The notes beneath the pieces were generated by a model, which saw nothing but the letters and a program-made list of their open reading frames with translations, had not been told where the DNA came from and ran no database searches. Positions 13,181 through 26,900 of a stretch of DNA of 64,000 nt are shown in pieces (the stretch's first letter is position 1; each line of letters opens with the position of its first letter). Location: NCBI GenBank assembly GCA_040285855.1, contig JAUFOQ010000010.1, positions 1,674,001-1,738,000 of the forward strand, given 5' to 3'. Source of the stretch: Eukaryota sp. GEM-RC1 (taxonomy: Eukaryota). A program made the position numbers and the translations under genes.

Positions 13181-14752
13181 CCCCCGACTGAGATAATTAA
13201 ATTTTTGTACATAAATAGAATTTTGATGATATCACTTATAAAAATAAAAGAATGGAGGACTGAAATCCCTATCTAAACTATAGTTCTAGTAGACTATGAG
13301 ATTTTTGAGGAGATAAGTAAAATGTGAATCTCCGACATTCATAACTGTTGACGAATGATTGACAGCGGAAAGAGTTATCATCATAAACAACGACCGTCTA
13401 AGTAGACAGCTATTGTCCGAAAAGGAAAAGAACTGATTCCAAAAACAATGTTAAATCAATTCTTAATTGTCACTCATTGTCACATTGTTACAACAATATA
13501 ACCCTTTGTAGCAGTATAACGTACGCTAACGAAGTAACGAAGTATTTTGGTATTGGTTTTTGGCTTTACAATCAATATTGGTCATCGACCAATATATTGA
13601 TCAACATTGCAATATGTTTAATACTGTTATATTTAATGATATTTGATGATCTGATAAGACTGACATAAATATAAGTACTGTAGATTAGAAAAAAATCACT
13701 GTAAGACTGAAAAGATTGATTAATTTGGTTCAGCTTTCAAGGTCACCAATTGACTAATCCCTTGTCGGACTGTTCTGACATCCCCATGTCCATTACTTCA
13801 ACCAAAGTTGAGCTTGAAATCGGAGATGTATCGTTGGACACGATTGATGATTTATCACTGTCAGATCGTAGACGAAGTACTTTAGAATTTACGGAATGAT
13901 AACGGATGACTGTGTTATAGGGTTGTAACGTAGGGAAATAAACATACCACAGAAAAGTAAAACACTTTTTGGCCAAAAAAATGTCATACGCGTATGTCGT
14001 CATTAGGGCACGTAATGCTGCAAATTGAGCAACAATAATCACATCAATCGACAATAGACTCGGTGAAAGTGCTCTCCAATTGATCACTGATTTTATAATA
14101 ATAGAGTCAAATATCTGACTGTTCGGTTATTTTGATCACAAGATAGTATCTTATCGTATAAATCACCTAATTTTCACAATTATTATAACAATTTGAGTCA
14201 CGACCGTAAATGCTCTCATTTAACCTGCTACACGTCATAATGTAATTTATCTACTTTCAAACACGCCACACACTGTAAGGCTGTACACCTCATCAGTTAA
14301 TATAAACTAATTGGATGTGGATGTGGCAACGATTTAGTTGAAGAAGTGTTACTTGACGAACTTTCGTGATGACTCTTGTGTCAGTGAGATCATTTGTTCA
14401 CTAGCTTGTGTGTATTTTGTTGTCGCAAATCATCTTTGATTTAGTTAATGTAAATAGAAATGATAATGATAATGATAATAAAATGTGTCTAATATACTAT
14501 TCACAAATTACTGTTTACTAGCTTAAAGAACTAACAAGTTTGAAACTAATGAATTACTGTTGCAAATACAGATAAAGTAAAAGAAGAAATTTAAAGATTG
14601 CAATGATTGGTTAGTATCGAAAGATTTGTTAAATGAAGTGTTACCTTAATCAAATGATATTTGAAAAACGCTGAAGAATTGTTGACTTTTTGACTATACA
14701 TTCCTTTACAAACACCAAAGTTAGAAAGCCAAAACTTCTAAGAGGAAATGCT

Positions 14753-16357
14753 TTAAACTGTGATATTGACCTTTGACACCTCTGCTAATGCTCTTTTGCC
14801 TTCATCTTCAATGGAATTACCACTCAAATCAATATTTGAAACTGTGGTATTAACTTTCAACGCCTCTGCCAATGCTCTAGCACCTTCAGCATCAATACAA
14901 TTGCTACCTAGATTAATATTGGTAACTGTAGTATTAACCTTAAAAGCCTCTGCCAGAGCTCTAGCACCTTCATTTCCAATAGAATTGTCCCACAGATTAA
15001 CACTTTTAACTGTATTATTAACTTGTAACGCCTCAGCGAAAGCTCCAGCACCTTCATTACCAATAGAGTTGCTACCGAGATTAATATTGGTAACTGTAGT
15101 ATTAACCTTAAAAGCCTCTGCCAGAGCTCTAGCACCTTCAGCACCAATAAAAGTGCTATATATATCAATATTTGTAATTGTAGTATTAACCTTGAACGTC
15201 TCTGCCAAAGCTCTAACACCTTCAGCAAAAATAGCGTTATCCGACAGACTAACACTTTTAACTGTAGTATTAACCTTGAAAGACTCTGCCAAAGCTCTAA
15301 CACCTTCAGCACCAAAATAATTGCTACCTAGATTAATATTTTTAACTGTAGTATTAACCTTGAAAGTCTCTGCCAAAGCTCTAGCACCTTCCGCTCGAAT
15401 ACGGTTTCTACAGAGATGAAGATGTGTAACTGTCGAATTAACTTTTAATGCATCTGCCAAAGCTCTAGTACCTTCATCTCCAATAAAGTTGTGACTCAGA
15501 TCAATTCTTGTTACTGAAGAATTAACTTTTAACGCATCTGCCAGAGCTCTAGTACCTTCATCTTCAATAGAGTTGTGACTCAGATCAATTGCTGTCACTG
15601 AAGAATTAACTTTTAACGCATCTGCCAGAGCTCTAGCGTATTCATCTCCAATACAATTTTTAGCCAAAAAGATACTTGATTGTATTATTGACTTTCAACA
15701 ATTCAATCAATGGAAATAGACGGAAGATGAAGAACATTCACATGAAGGCGATTAAGACGTGGAAAGATCGAAGTGGAGTTTTGGAGAAACTCTATGTCAT
15801 TGTGATTATCCAATGTCAATTCCATTCCGGAAATTACATTAGAATGACTTAGAAATTCTTCAACTTTAAAGGGCCCATCTACGTGTAAGAAAACAGACTC
15901 TACATCTGCTCCAAAGAAAGAAGCAAATGAACGAAATTGAAAAAGTTCATAAGAAGCTATACGAAACGAATTTGATTGCAAAAACACCTTGGTTGCAAGT
16001 AAAGCAGATTCAAAGAAACGATGGTTTACATAGCCAACTTTGTCAAAGAACGTAGGAATGCGCTGCCTTAGTTTGAGAAGATCACGACGAGATACTGGTA
16101 GATGACGATTCCATTCAAGAGAAGGTGAGAACAAACGACCGAGTATATGAAGAAGGATTAAAGTAAGAAGTGACTGTTGAAAGTGCACGTGAGATGGAGA
16201 GAGAAAAGGGGGGCAAACAGGGGATGGGGAATCAGAGCTAGGATTCGAACAGGAGATGCTAGAAGATGACCCATCACACTCAACAATGACAGTATCGGAA
16301 AGATTACCATCAAATGAACGGCTACTCTTCAGTGGAGGTTCGGATTGAGACCAACAT
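14753..16357 (-). pseudogene. LRR-family gene (Ser/Pro leader, shared N-domain, ~11 LRRs), frameshifted
   Basis: SQSEPPLKSSR leader out of frame with ATG 16357, N-domain ORF 15703-16188, two frameshifts at ~15712 and ~15678, LRR ORF 14753-15667. Confidence 0.85.
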
Positions 16358-17319
16358 ATCAGTTTGTAACATTTTCATCATAACGACATTTCGACCGTTT
16401 TCAAGTGTAGATTCCCTTCAGTATAGTTATTAAATCAAACTCGGAAATCAATGATAAACAATTCTTTATAGTGATACTAGTGTGAGGGTTATGCATCATT
16501 TTGAAAGCTAAAATTACTGATTTACATATCATCCACAAAGTAAAGTGTTATTTCAACAAAGGTTTTTTGTGCAACAAATGTCCATAATTCTTTTGTCAGA
16601 ACATCTTTGGAACTGTCGTTTTGTGTGGCTTTTGATCAGTTTTTCAAGAGGGGTAGATTCTTGAAAAAAATGAAAGGAAGATGAAGTGATGAGAAGCTTC
16701 AAAAGGCAGGCTCTCTATGAATGAAAAGGGAACATCATTGTCGACCATGATTTGGATAACAAATGAATAATTAATACGATAGTGGTAAAAGTTCAAATTT
16801 TGTCAGTTCTTAATTCAAAAATATTTGAAGTCTCTCAAACTAGGAAACGTTCTGACTTAAAAGTCATTGGGGATAAAGAGAGAGTTGTTGTTGGATTTGT
16901 TGGGAATGTCTATAGAATTGTCTTGGGAGAAGACCCGCTTTTTACATAGGTAATAACTGTTATCGGAAGTTGAGGAACCAGGGGACTAGTAGTTCTTTTG
17001 ATGGAGTCATTCACGCTTCAACGTTTCAAAGTTGGTGATCATAGTTGTGAGACTACTCACGGTTTTTTTCTATGGTAGTGGTCAAGTTAATGGTTTTCTC
17101 TCCGGAAACAAGTCTAGGTGAAATCTACACTGTAGGTGAATTTCTTGGAATCAATACAAATCTAAAGAATTAGACTTTAACAATCAAATCCCTGTATACT
17201 TTCTCAATTCATGTCACTGATTTCTTCCCAGACTAAGTTGTACCAAAAGACCACAAATACCCGATGGTACCTCAACTTCCAAGATAAATATTAGTAATTT
17301 TGAAGTAGACATATATTTT

Positions 17320-17880
17320 TTAACAACAACAAGTTTATAGATGAAGCCGACAAAAAGACATATCAAAATAAAAACTATGAAACACTAGACGCAGGAAACT
17401 GGTGGCCAACACTACCACAGAAAATCAATTTAGAGAACTCAAGTATCGAACGGAACAGACAAAAAATCAAACGGTTATGAGTTAAATCTCCTATTCTGAG
17501 ACTTACACGTGAATACAAAATCAGTTAAAAACTGAGAAGCCATTTCACCAATACTACCGAAAACAGAAATAACAAATGGAACAAATACAAATTTGGAAGA
17601 CAAATCTTGATTGAGCTTAGCAACATCTTTGGAACACAAATCAATTTTGGGTTTTTCGGCTGTTTCTAGGTGGTTGAAACCGTGGGAAGTTGAACTGTTA
17701 ACATAAGTTTGAGCAAATGGATCTAATGTTGTAACATCAAGGAAAATTTGACCAGAATCAATAAAAGAACCGTGTAAGTAGCTTCGACGAGAGATTTAAA
17801 TTAAAGCAAGACCCAACTTTCTTTAAATAAGGGTTCAACTTAGGCATGAAATCCATCAACTATAAACATTTCAAATGTAA
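17320..17880 (-). mobile_element. CRE/SLACS-like non-LTR retrotransposon 3' fragment (restriction-like endonuclease region)
   Basis: Minus-strand DVTTLDP and FVFVPFVISVFGSIGEMASQFLTDF. Nucleotide similarity to 46420-47060. Confidence 0.7.
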
Positions 17881-17899
17881 AAGCTCTGACATTATGAAG

Positions 17900-19405
17900 A
17901 TTCTAAAATTTCTCAAGAATTATCTAATTGTTTGGACAAAATTGGTTCAGAACTCAACACAATTTCTTCATATGATATTGAAAAACATATCAAGTTTTTT
18001 ATTTTAAAAATTTGCTACTCCGGAAAAATCACACATCTTTTGAGATCTGCTCCTTCAATCGCTCAGAACTTTTGTAGATCTTTTAACGAGTTGAGGATTA
18101 ATTTTTTGCTTCATTGTTAGAAGTTGATTCAACGTTACTTAGAAGTCATTTGTTTACTTCTGCTCATTTTGGTGGTATTGGTTTTACCAAATCATCAATT
18201 CTTTGCAAATCTGCTTTTTTTAGGCGGTGGAAAAAATTTCATCTTTGAATTTGTTAATCGATTTCATAATGATTTTTCCCTTATTAACCCCAATTCATGT
18301 AAATATTTATTTGACTTAAACGAAGCGTTAATCAAGTTACCTTTTGACGTTTGGTCTCAGTGTTTCCCAGAATCAGTGTCTGAAATACCTGAAAGATCTT
18401 TGACTAATCTTCAGTTTTGTCTGAAAAAATTACAACAGAAACAAACAAATAATTTTGAAAGCATGGATTATATTGTTCGACATGACATGGTCAAGGAAAG
18501 AATCCCGCTTTTGCAAATTTCTTAATGGATGTTTCTAATAGCTCTGCTTCATGTCTGATTACTCAAATCCCTCAAGTTTACGGTCTTCTTCTTGATGATA
18601 ACTCTTGGTCATTAAACATGCGTTTACGGTCATATATTTGGCCTGATAACCTTCCACATAATTTGAAATGCCAATGTGGGCAATCTGTAACACCTACACA
18701 TTTATTGAATTGTAACCGTTTTATTTCTTTTTAGAAGTAAGGTTCATGATTCAGTAAGGGATCAATTATATTGTATGTGTAAATCTTATGGAATAGTTTC
18801 CTTTTTAGAACCAGTTCTGGCTGGTTTGTTTGATGATACAGATGTTGACAAATCGTTTGGAAATAGCCGTGGTGATGTCATATTTCCTGGTCTTGATGGA
18901 TCTTTCATTATTGCTGATGTTATGTCTATCGATGTTTGTAATGATTCCAACAAGAAACTTGCTAAATCTAATGCTAAAAACCCCTTGTTGATTGGTGAAA
19001 AATTTAAAATGCAAAAATATTGTGCTAAATTGAAATTATTGAATTCGGCTTCACACTCGAATTACTTGTTGTACCCTTTTGTATTTTCACTGTACGGTTC
19101 TTTAGGTGAATCTGCAACATCATTACTTGAAATCGTTGTGAAGATTGTAAAAGAAAAAACATCTAGGACTTTTGATCTTGGATTTTGGAAAAATCGAATC
19201 GTGTTTGCTATCTTTAAAGGTATGGTGACTTCTGTATCTAGCGCTTTATTATCTCTTGGCAGACATTATGAGGATAAGGTAGGTGAAAATTTCCAGTTAG
19301 GCAATCTGGACTTTGAGGATATTGATTATTAGATGTACTAGTAAGTACACTGTAGTGTTGTTGTCAATAAAACTTGTTAAAATAAAAAAAAATATATAAA
19401 AAAAA
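17900..19405 (+). mobile_element. 5'-truncated CRE/SLACS-like non-LTR retrotransposon with poly(A) tail
   Basis: KITHLLRS, FGGIGF, MRLR..CQCG..HLLNC..HD zinc knuckle, EP..RGDV..IADV RLE motifs and WKNRIVF. A-rich tail at ~19378-19405. Confidence 0.85.
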
Positions 19406-19429
19406 GGACATTATGAAGAACAGAACAAA

Positions 19430-19525
19430 ATTGAATAAATTTGGGGCAATTAATTACATGTCTAAAAGTTGCAATGCAACGATGACTACATACACATTCA
19501 GAATTGGCGAGCAATTCTTCAGGAC
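19430..19525 (-). mobile_element. Short fragment of the second CRE-like family (zinc-knuckle region)
   Basis: Close nucleotide match to 52712-52805. Confidence 0.6.
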
Positions 19526-19792
19526 ATGAAGATTGTATTTAAAAGAAGGAATGTACATATTTATTGGCCACAATTGTCTAAAACATACTAATTTAGAAAA
19601 TAGAATAGTTGTATAAATATTTTGAAGAAAAAATTCCGAATAGACAATACACAATTAACATCATTGTGATATTGTTGATATAATTAAATGACTACATTTG
19701 CAGCAAATAATTGATATATACTAACTCAAAAACTTAAAGAATAAGATTGAATGTTGATCATAATTTAATGATTCAGTCGATGCAACAAATGA

Positions 19793-20883
19793 TCAGCCTC
19801 GACGACGAAGGAGTCGGCGGCGGTCGATTGCGAGCTGTATTAAATAGCCATCAAGCTGAGAGCCGCCCGCTATTTTAACATTACTATTCACGTCTAACAG
19901 CTCTGCCAAAGCTTTAAAGCCTTCATCTCCAATATGGTTGCCCATCAGATTAACACGTGTAATTGTACTATTAACTTTTAATGCATCTGCCAAAGCTCTA
20001 GCGCCTTCATTTTCAATATAATTTATAGCAAGATTAGCACTTGTAATTGTAGTATTCATTTTTAACGTATCTGCCAAAGCTCTAACACCTTCATCACCAA
20101 CATGGTTGTCACTCAGATTAACACTTGTAAGTATATCGTTAACTTTCAACGCTTCTGACAATGTCCTGGCTTCTTCAGGACCAATAGAGCTGCTAGTCAA
20201 AGTAAGACTTTTAATTGTATTATTGACTTTCAACAATTCAATCAATGGAAATAGACGGAAGATGAAGAACATTCACATGAAGTTGCTTAAGACGTGGAAA
20301 GATCAAGGATGACTTGTTTAGAAACTCCAAGTCATTGTGATTCTTCACTATCAATTCCAATCCTGTCATTACATTAGAATAACTTAGAAATGGTTGAACA
20401 TTAAAGCTACCCTCTATGAGTAAGAAAACAGACTGTGTCTCTGCTCCAAAGAAAGAAGCAATCGAACAAAATTGAAAAAGGTTTTGAGCTACTATATGAA
20501 ACGTGTTTGTTTCAAAAAAAGACTTTTGTTGCTAGTAAAGCAGATTCAAAGAAACGATGGCTTACATAGCCAACTTTCTTAAAGAATGTAGGAAGATTAT
20601 GTCTTAATTTGAGAAGATCACGACGAAATTGATGACGATTCCATTCAAGAGAAGGTGCTAATAGATGATTGAGGATATGATGAAAGATTTTGGTAAAAAG
20701 TGACTGTTGAAAGTGCACGTGAGATGGAGAGAGAAAGAGGGGGCAGACAGGGGATGGGGAATAAGAGCTAGGATTCGAAGAGGAGATGCTGGAAGAGGAT
20801 CCAACACACTCAACAACTACAGTATCCGAAACAATACCATCTATGGAACGGCTAATCTTCAGTGGAGGTTTGGAACGAGACAT
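19793..20883 (-). pseudogene. LRR-family gene (Ser/Pro leader, shared N-domain, ~4 LRRs, basic tail), frameshifted
   Basis: ATG 20883 MSRSKPPLKISR. Frameshift in homopolymer 20514-20520 and a second at ~20247 identical to the one in the 14753-16357 paralog. Confidence 0.85.
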
Positions 20884-21146
20884 GTTAGTTTTGGTGAGGA
20901 AATGTCTCAATCCAACTCTTCCGTGCTCTACTTGTCTTAGTTCTATCGTTCCCGTCCATTTGTGGTGGTTTGCGATGCATTAGGGGATGTGAATATCGAC
21001 TTGTTGCCATACCGTTATTGCCGGCATTTATGGTGGTCATGATACAACACCGTTGTTTGTTATAATCATTGTTCACTTCAATGCATCCGTTGTTTGTTGT
21101 AACGCAACACAATGCATTTATTGTAAAAAAATTTTAACACATTAAG

Positions 21147-21518
21147 CGTTATTACAATCATACTTGAGTATCACACTTTTGTGTGATGTGATATTTGTGA
21201 TTCACAGGTATCACAAAAAGACTGATTTGTGAGTGATTTTTGTGATGATTGTAAGTGATATTTGCGATGATTGTGTGGGTCAAAATGTGGTGTTATATTC
21301 TAATTGAAGAATACACTCGTTCAATTCTTACTATTGTTTGTGTATTTTGTACGTTTTACATGATTCAATCTTGAAGGAATACCAGAGACCACCTTAGATT
21401 CTGTCTTCTAGGTCACATGGTCACAGCTGTATACTCCAAAAGAGGAAGTGATGTGATATGTATGATTCACTTGTATCACAAAATGCAAAAGGTGTGATAC
21501 CGAATCATGATAACAGTG
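21147..21518. mobile_element. Degenerate MITE with ATCAC/GTGAT repeats
   Basis: Inverted GTATCACACTTTTG / CAAAAGGTGTGATAC near the ends, CAGTG right terminus and many GTGAT motifs. Confidence 0.45.
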
Positions 21519-22129
21519 TATTATCTTATTTCATCTAGCGGTATATTTGTTCAATTTTGAGATCATCGCCCTTGTAATTGGGTCTAAAAAACACATTTTC
21601 ATGAAGTGTTGTTTCAATCAGTGAGATAATAGAAGCAACAAGTGTGAATGAGTGCGCAGCAGTCACCTTTTTCAAGTCATCGTGCTTCAGTTGTAAGTTT
21701 GACTCGTTCGAGAAAGGGAATAAGATTCTCTAAGAATACCTGTAGATTCTCGGTTAGCTTCACACTTTTTAAGTCTGATATAACATCGCACACAGTTAAT
21801 AAGCTCCAGTAAAAGTTGCACATCTCAATGTTTTTCTCACAATCAGTGGTAAATGCCAAAAACCATCAGTCAAAATTTAATGATCAATAACTTACTGGAT
21901 TTTTATTTCGAATTAATATGGACTCCGGGAGGTTGTCAACATCGTCAAGGGAATGACACATGAAACAGATATGGTTACCAAATTTACTTAGAATGGAATC
22001 ATATTCAACAGCCATAACTTCAAAACAGCGTCTTACATTACGCATAATATATGTAAGGTAATAGGATATTTCAGATTTGGCAGGCTAAATCCATTCCCAA
22101 TCCGAATCCCATTCAAAAAAAATCGCTCC

Positions 22130-22440
22130 AATTCCAAGTTCTAGACAGAAGGGTTTGTTTGAAGGTATAAGAACTTGTTTTGAAAATTTTGTCAATGGTT
22201 TTTGTTTAAGGCACTTATGAAAAATTGTTTTAAGAAATTCAAGAAAAATGAATTGAATCACAAGTTGTGGTCTTTGGCAAAACCACGGAACGAAGCAAAA
22301 CACAATCAATCTGACAGAGACTTCCGCTAACTGTAAGAGATGGCTTGATGCTATTGGAATGATTCATTTCGTTGAATTGTACATTTTATATATGTACGTT
22401 TTACCAATAACGTTGTAGAATCACTAAGTAACTGGTTAAC
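22130..22440 (+). mobile_element. Mutator-like (MULE) transposase relic
   Basis: SRQKGLFEGIRTCFENFVNGFCLRHL* matches SDRxKGL..CxxH, and TNNVVESLSNWL matches TxNxxESxN. Confidence 0.75.
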
Positions 22441-23299
22441 ACATGTGTTGTAGAGGTTCCAGAGATTGAAATGTTGGAAACCAACCGCTGTCCGCTAAAA
22501 AGAATGGTTTGGAAAAGATTGGAGGAAGCTGAGAAGTTACTGTTTGAAGATAAGTGTCAAGGATTTTCAAAATTCATCAAAATTTTCCAAGCGGAAAGAA
22601 TATTATTTCAAACTTCAAGACACTAATTTCAAATGGTGGTATTTATGAAGTATTACTATGAATGATGTACATTTTACATGTTAATGTTAAGAAACTTCTC
22701 ACATTCGAAGTTTCTCTGAAGAATAAAACGTGACCTATGTAAGATCTATTGATCAGGTTCATTCATTGTTGAACTACAAAACGTGAAAATCTTCCCCAAG
22801 AAAGATCTATAAAAGAAACATATCCTACCCCAAGAAAGATTAACGAGTGACAATACCAGATATTTGGTTGGTAGAATTCGATCAAGATAGAGACCAGATC
22901 GAAGTGGAAGAAGTGCATTTTGTACTACATTATGATGAAAGAACCATCGATGATGAATACGAGTATCTTAATGAACGTCCCGATCAGGCATAAAAGTTTT
23001 ATTTCCGTCTGCATTTCTGATATTTTGCCCTTACGGAAAGACTTTATGTTCAAAAAAAGTGTAGACTGGAAAAGTGTAGTTGTATGTGATGTATCTATCA
23101 GAATTCCTCATAAATAAATATAACTTCTCTTAATTTATATGTATTTCTACTTCAATTTATTTTTGGCACTTTTTCAAATAACATATAACAAAATAACAGT
23201 AAAATTTAAGTTATAAATTAATGAAATACAAACAACTAGTACTTAAAAGATATTAAATGATCCACATCTACTCTTGAACTACCACGATACAATTTGTCC

Positions 23300-23965
23300 A
23301 GAATACGTCACCCAGTGTCACCTGAACTCACCCATTCCACCCAGTATCACCAATATATTGGTACAATATATCAATATGTGACACACACTTTCACATTACT
23401 GTCCTTATAACTGAAGAAATGTTGACGTTCTTTGTGAATTGCAAATTGAAATACAAAACTAAGAACAAAAGTAGATTCAATTCCAGGAATGACATCCAAT
23501 CTTTCAAACAGTCAGATTTGTACTTCTTCTGTGTGTATCCCATGAGAAATTTGATACAAAGCCCATTCATCATATGCTTAAGAAGTCTAGTAAGTAGGCT
23601 TTGGGTAATTCTCTAACTGTTATACAATCAGAGTGAGTAGATAGAGGGAATCGAGGTATAGCATTTAGTTTATCTCGAAACGTGTTATCACAAAATGAAT
23701 TATATTTTCTTCAATATGCTTTTATGTTATTGTTGTAGAATGTAATGCAGTCAAAAACTGTTTACAGGTACGTAAAACTTTACTAGAAAAAAAAAGAATT
23801 TAAGTCATTTTGAAAGAATCAGTCTTTAGTATGGGGTGAGGTGAGGTGACCCCACAAAATCAGAATTTCACCCGGGTCACCCGAATTATTTTATTGGGGT
23901 GACTCAGGTGAGGTGAGGTGAGGTGACCCTCACCGGGTGGTCACCGGGTGAGTCGCCAGGTGAAA
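23300..23965. repeat. Clusters of TCACC/GGTGA pentamers, probably MITE subterminal remnants
   Basis: TCACC cluster at ~23305-23352 and GGTGA cluster at ~23835-23962. No clean TIR pair or TSD seen. Confidence 0.5.
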
Positions 23966-26900
23966 TGTCATTTTCCCTCAAACTTTGTCATTTCATTTTT
24001 GAACCTAACCGACACAGACGAGCCTTTACCTGTGTAATTTAACATCACTAATGGATTAAGCAGGACAGAATATGAGAGAACATTGCTTTACCTACAACAA
24101 TCCTAATCTGTTTAAACATCATTAGTAACAGAATTCTTATTTCCACCTTCTGTTTCCAATAAATAGGTAATTCTATATTCCGAACAGTTTGCTAATTTAT
24201 TTTAGAAATACAACATTTCATCTCTGGTAAGAAACCTCTAGATAGAACATCTAAGAGCAAAGACCAACCGAATGAATTTCATTGATGTCGGATCTGCCTC
24301 AAACAAACATACGAAGAATGAGTGTCAATTTATCGGTACAGTTTTTTGGTACTGTCAATAGTTTTTATTGAATACAACCCGTTTTCCGATAACGTTTTCA
24401 ATAACAATATATTGGTAATAACTCTTTGCTGTAAATTGTGCCTCGTTTTTTAAGATCAATTGTTTCAAAATTCTTCAAGGTGTCCATTATTCAAAATTGA
24501 CTTGATCAATGTAAAGTGTCATAAGGGTCAACAGCCTTTAAAGGAGTTTGTGATTCATAAGTTTCCCCAATAAGTAGACATAAAGAAGCTAGACACTATT
24601 GCTGAACATTTTTCCCGTGATTGAAGATGTTTTTGTTGTAGTTTGTATTCAAATTTTTTAAAATATGATCAGTCTGAGTCAAAAACGTTCAATATTTATT
24701 AAAATTTGATAACAACTTATGTCACTTTGATATGTGATATTTGTGCATTGAATTAATATCAATTATTGATTGGGTTCCTAAATTTCGTAGTAATACTATT
24801 TCAATAAATAGTGGCCCGTTCCTACATGATGGGTATGAAAAGTATACGCGATACACTAGCTGACAGGTTTCTGACAACTGGCTTACAAACTACGCCATAT
24901 CCAGAGCTTTGAACTTGCCTTTAATTGGATACGCCGCTCATCGATTCAATTTCTTTTCTTAGAAAACTTGACTCAATTATGTCCAAATTAAAAACTGCAA
25001 AACGAAGACTACTTCTCCGCAGTATAACAGAAGTCCTGTAAGTCGCAACGTAACTAGATTGGATGCTTTTATACAAATGAACACCAATCGGCTTATATTC
25101 CAAGCTTCGTTTTGAAACAAGCGACGGACGCCAAATTACTGTTAGGCTCAGTGTGGAGAACATCAAGATTGATCAGTACAACTGGTATATTATGTCCTTA
25201 CAGTAAACAGAGAGAAGAACCATAAGTATTGACAGCTGAAAGAAATTAAACCCCAGTGGTTTGCTGAAAAAGCATACCGCAGATGTTAAAACCATAGCTA
25301 TAGGAATTCCACACAGTCTGATGGAATGCGTCTCGTTCATTGCTACTCCCATATATGAAGATCTAGTCAATAGGGAAATCGATTTGTTCTATCAACGAAA
25401 TCACTCGAATTGTCAATAATTTGCAGCGAAATGTAATCGAACTCTTAGAAGCAACAGTGGCTGAAATTACCACAATGACGCCTTCAATTGTGAGAAACTT
25501 TAAAAAGACTGAAAACGAGGGTAGTAATGATGAGTAAATCCAGTCATTGCCACCACCAAACATGGATGTCTTTTTGTGATCTCTAAACTTCAGGTAACTA
25601 ACATGCTAACTGTATGGTCAAGACGATTACCAACTCTAATGTAGATATTATAGCTTTGGTTATCCAGTTTCTTCCTGAAAAGAGGGTGATAATCCTTACA
25701 AAGTCTTCTTTCAGTACAATCTGGCCTGAGTCTTGAACTTTTAAGTCCCAACTTTTTCAAGGCGTTGAATGACGCTTCATATCAGCGAGCTACTCAATTT
25801 TCAGAGCATTTACGAAGAACCATCGATCAAGCTTTGCTCTTTCTTGCGCTTCGTTTGACTCTACAAAGTCAAATGGTGATGCCTTACATTAGTGATTCCG
25901 AAGACACTCTTGTCTGGTCATCTCAATGACTAGACACTGACTAGATTTTAAAGATGGCTCGATATCACGTAATTCTTTACTACCGTTTAGAGGTAGACAG
26001 ACAATAATATACTGGTATTTTGTTTAAACAGAACTTTCTCAACACTATAAGAGGGATGTGAGTTTCATCTAAATCGGACCATCATCCTTGACATTAAGGA
26101 CTACGCCTTATGTACTCTCACGCAGACTAGGGAAGGGATACTACATGCTTCATGGACGATCTTACAGTCGTCTAAATCGATGATTGATCTCTTTCTCCAT
26201 TAGAGTTTTCTATAATTGCGACTAGTCACGTGATCAATCGAATCTCATATATAATCAATGTAATTTAATCCAATGATAGTGTTGTTGTTGAATTTTATCA
26301 ATGGTAAATAGTCGATGTATTGTATTTATGAAGTAGTTTTTGGAAATTCGTAATAATGAAAATTAGCTTTCACTATAATGTAGAATTACATTCAATGGAA
26401 AGTTCTCCCAAAATTCAGTACAAATTGAAGGAACAAAGTTGAAAGAGACAACCAGTAGGCAATAAAGCTTCGAATTACTGACAGAAGAACTACTAACAAA
26501 TAGAAGAGACTGTAAGTGAAGAAAGAGTGAAAAAATACCTACTGAGAGAAAAGAGACAGAGAAGAATCATAAATTAGTGACTATGCTGTAGTTTAAAGAA
26601 AGAATCTTTGAGGGAGGAACTGTAGAAGTTCTTAAGGGTTAGAGGAATTTTAATGAAGTCAATGAAGTGTTGCTATGTGTTAGCAAAGAAATCATTGAAA
26701 GAAATAGACATCTAGAAGACACATGATAGGTTCATTTCAATAGAGCTGTAAAAACAACGACAGTAATTAGGAATATGATCTTGTTCAAGGGATCAAGTAT
26801 TTGAATCATTAGTACACAGTGTCAATAGAGAAACAAAATTCAAAGCAGACTTGAATAACCAATAGCAGTAGAAGGCACGAGGATGTATGAGGAGGCGTAG

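Noticed and set aside
13860..14090. Possible Merlin/ISXO2 transposase relic (ITDDCVIG, RARNAAN*ATII)
   Set aside because: Similarity is too weak and fragmentary to support.
24900..25900. Coding-like degenerate stretch
   Set aside because: Many stops and no recognisable motif, so no product can be assigned.
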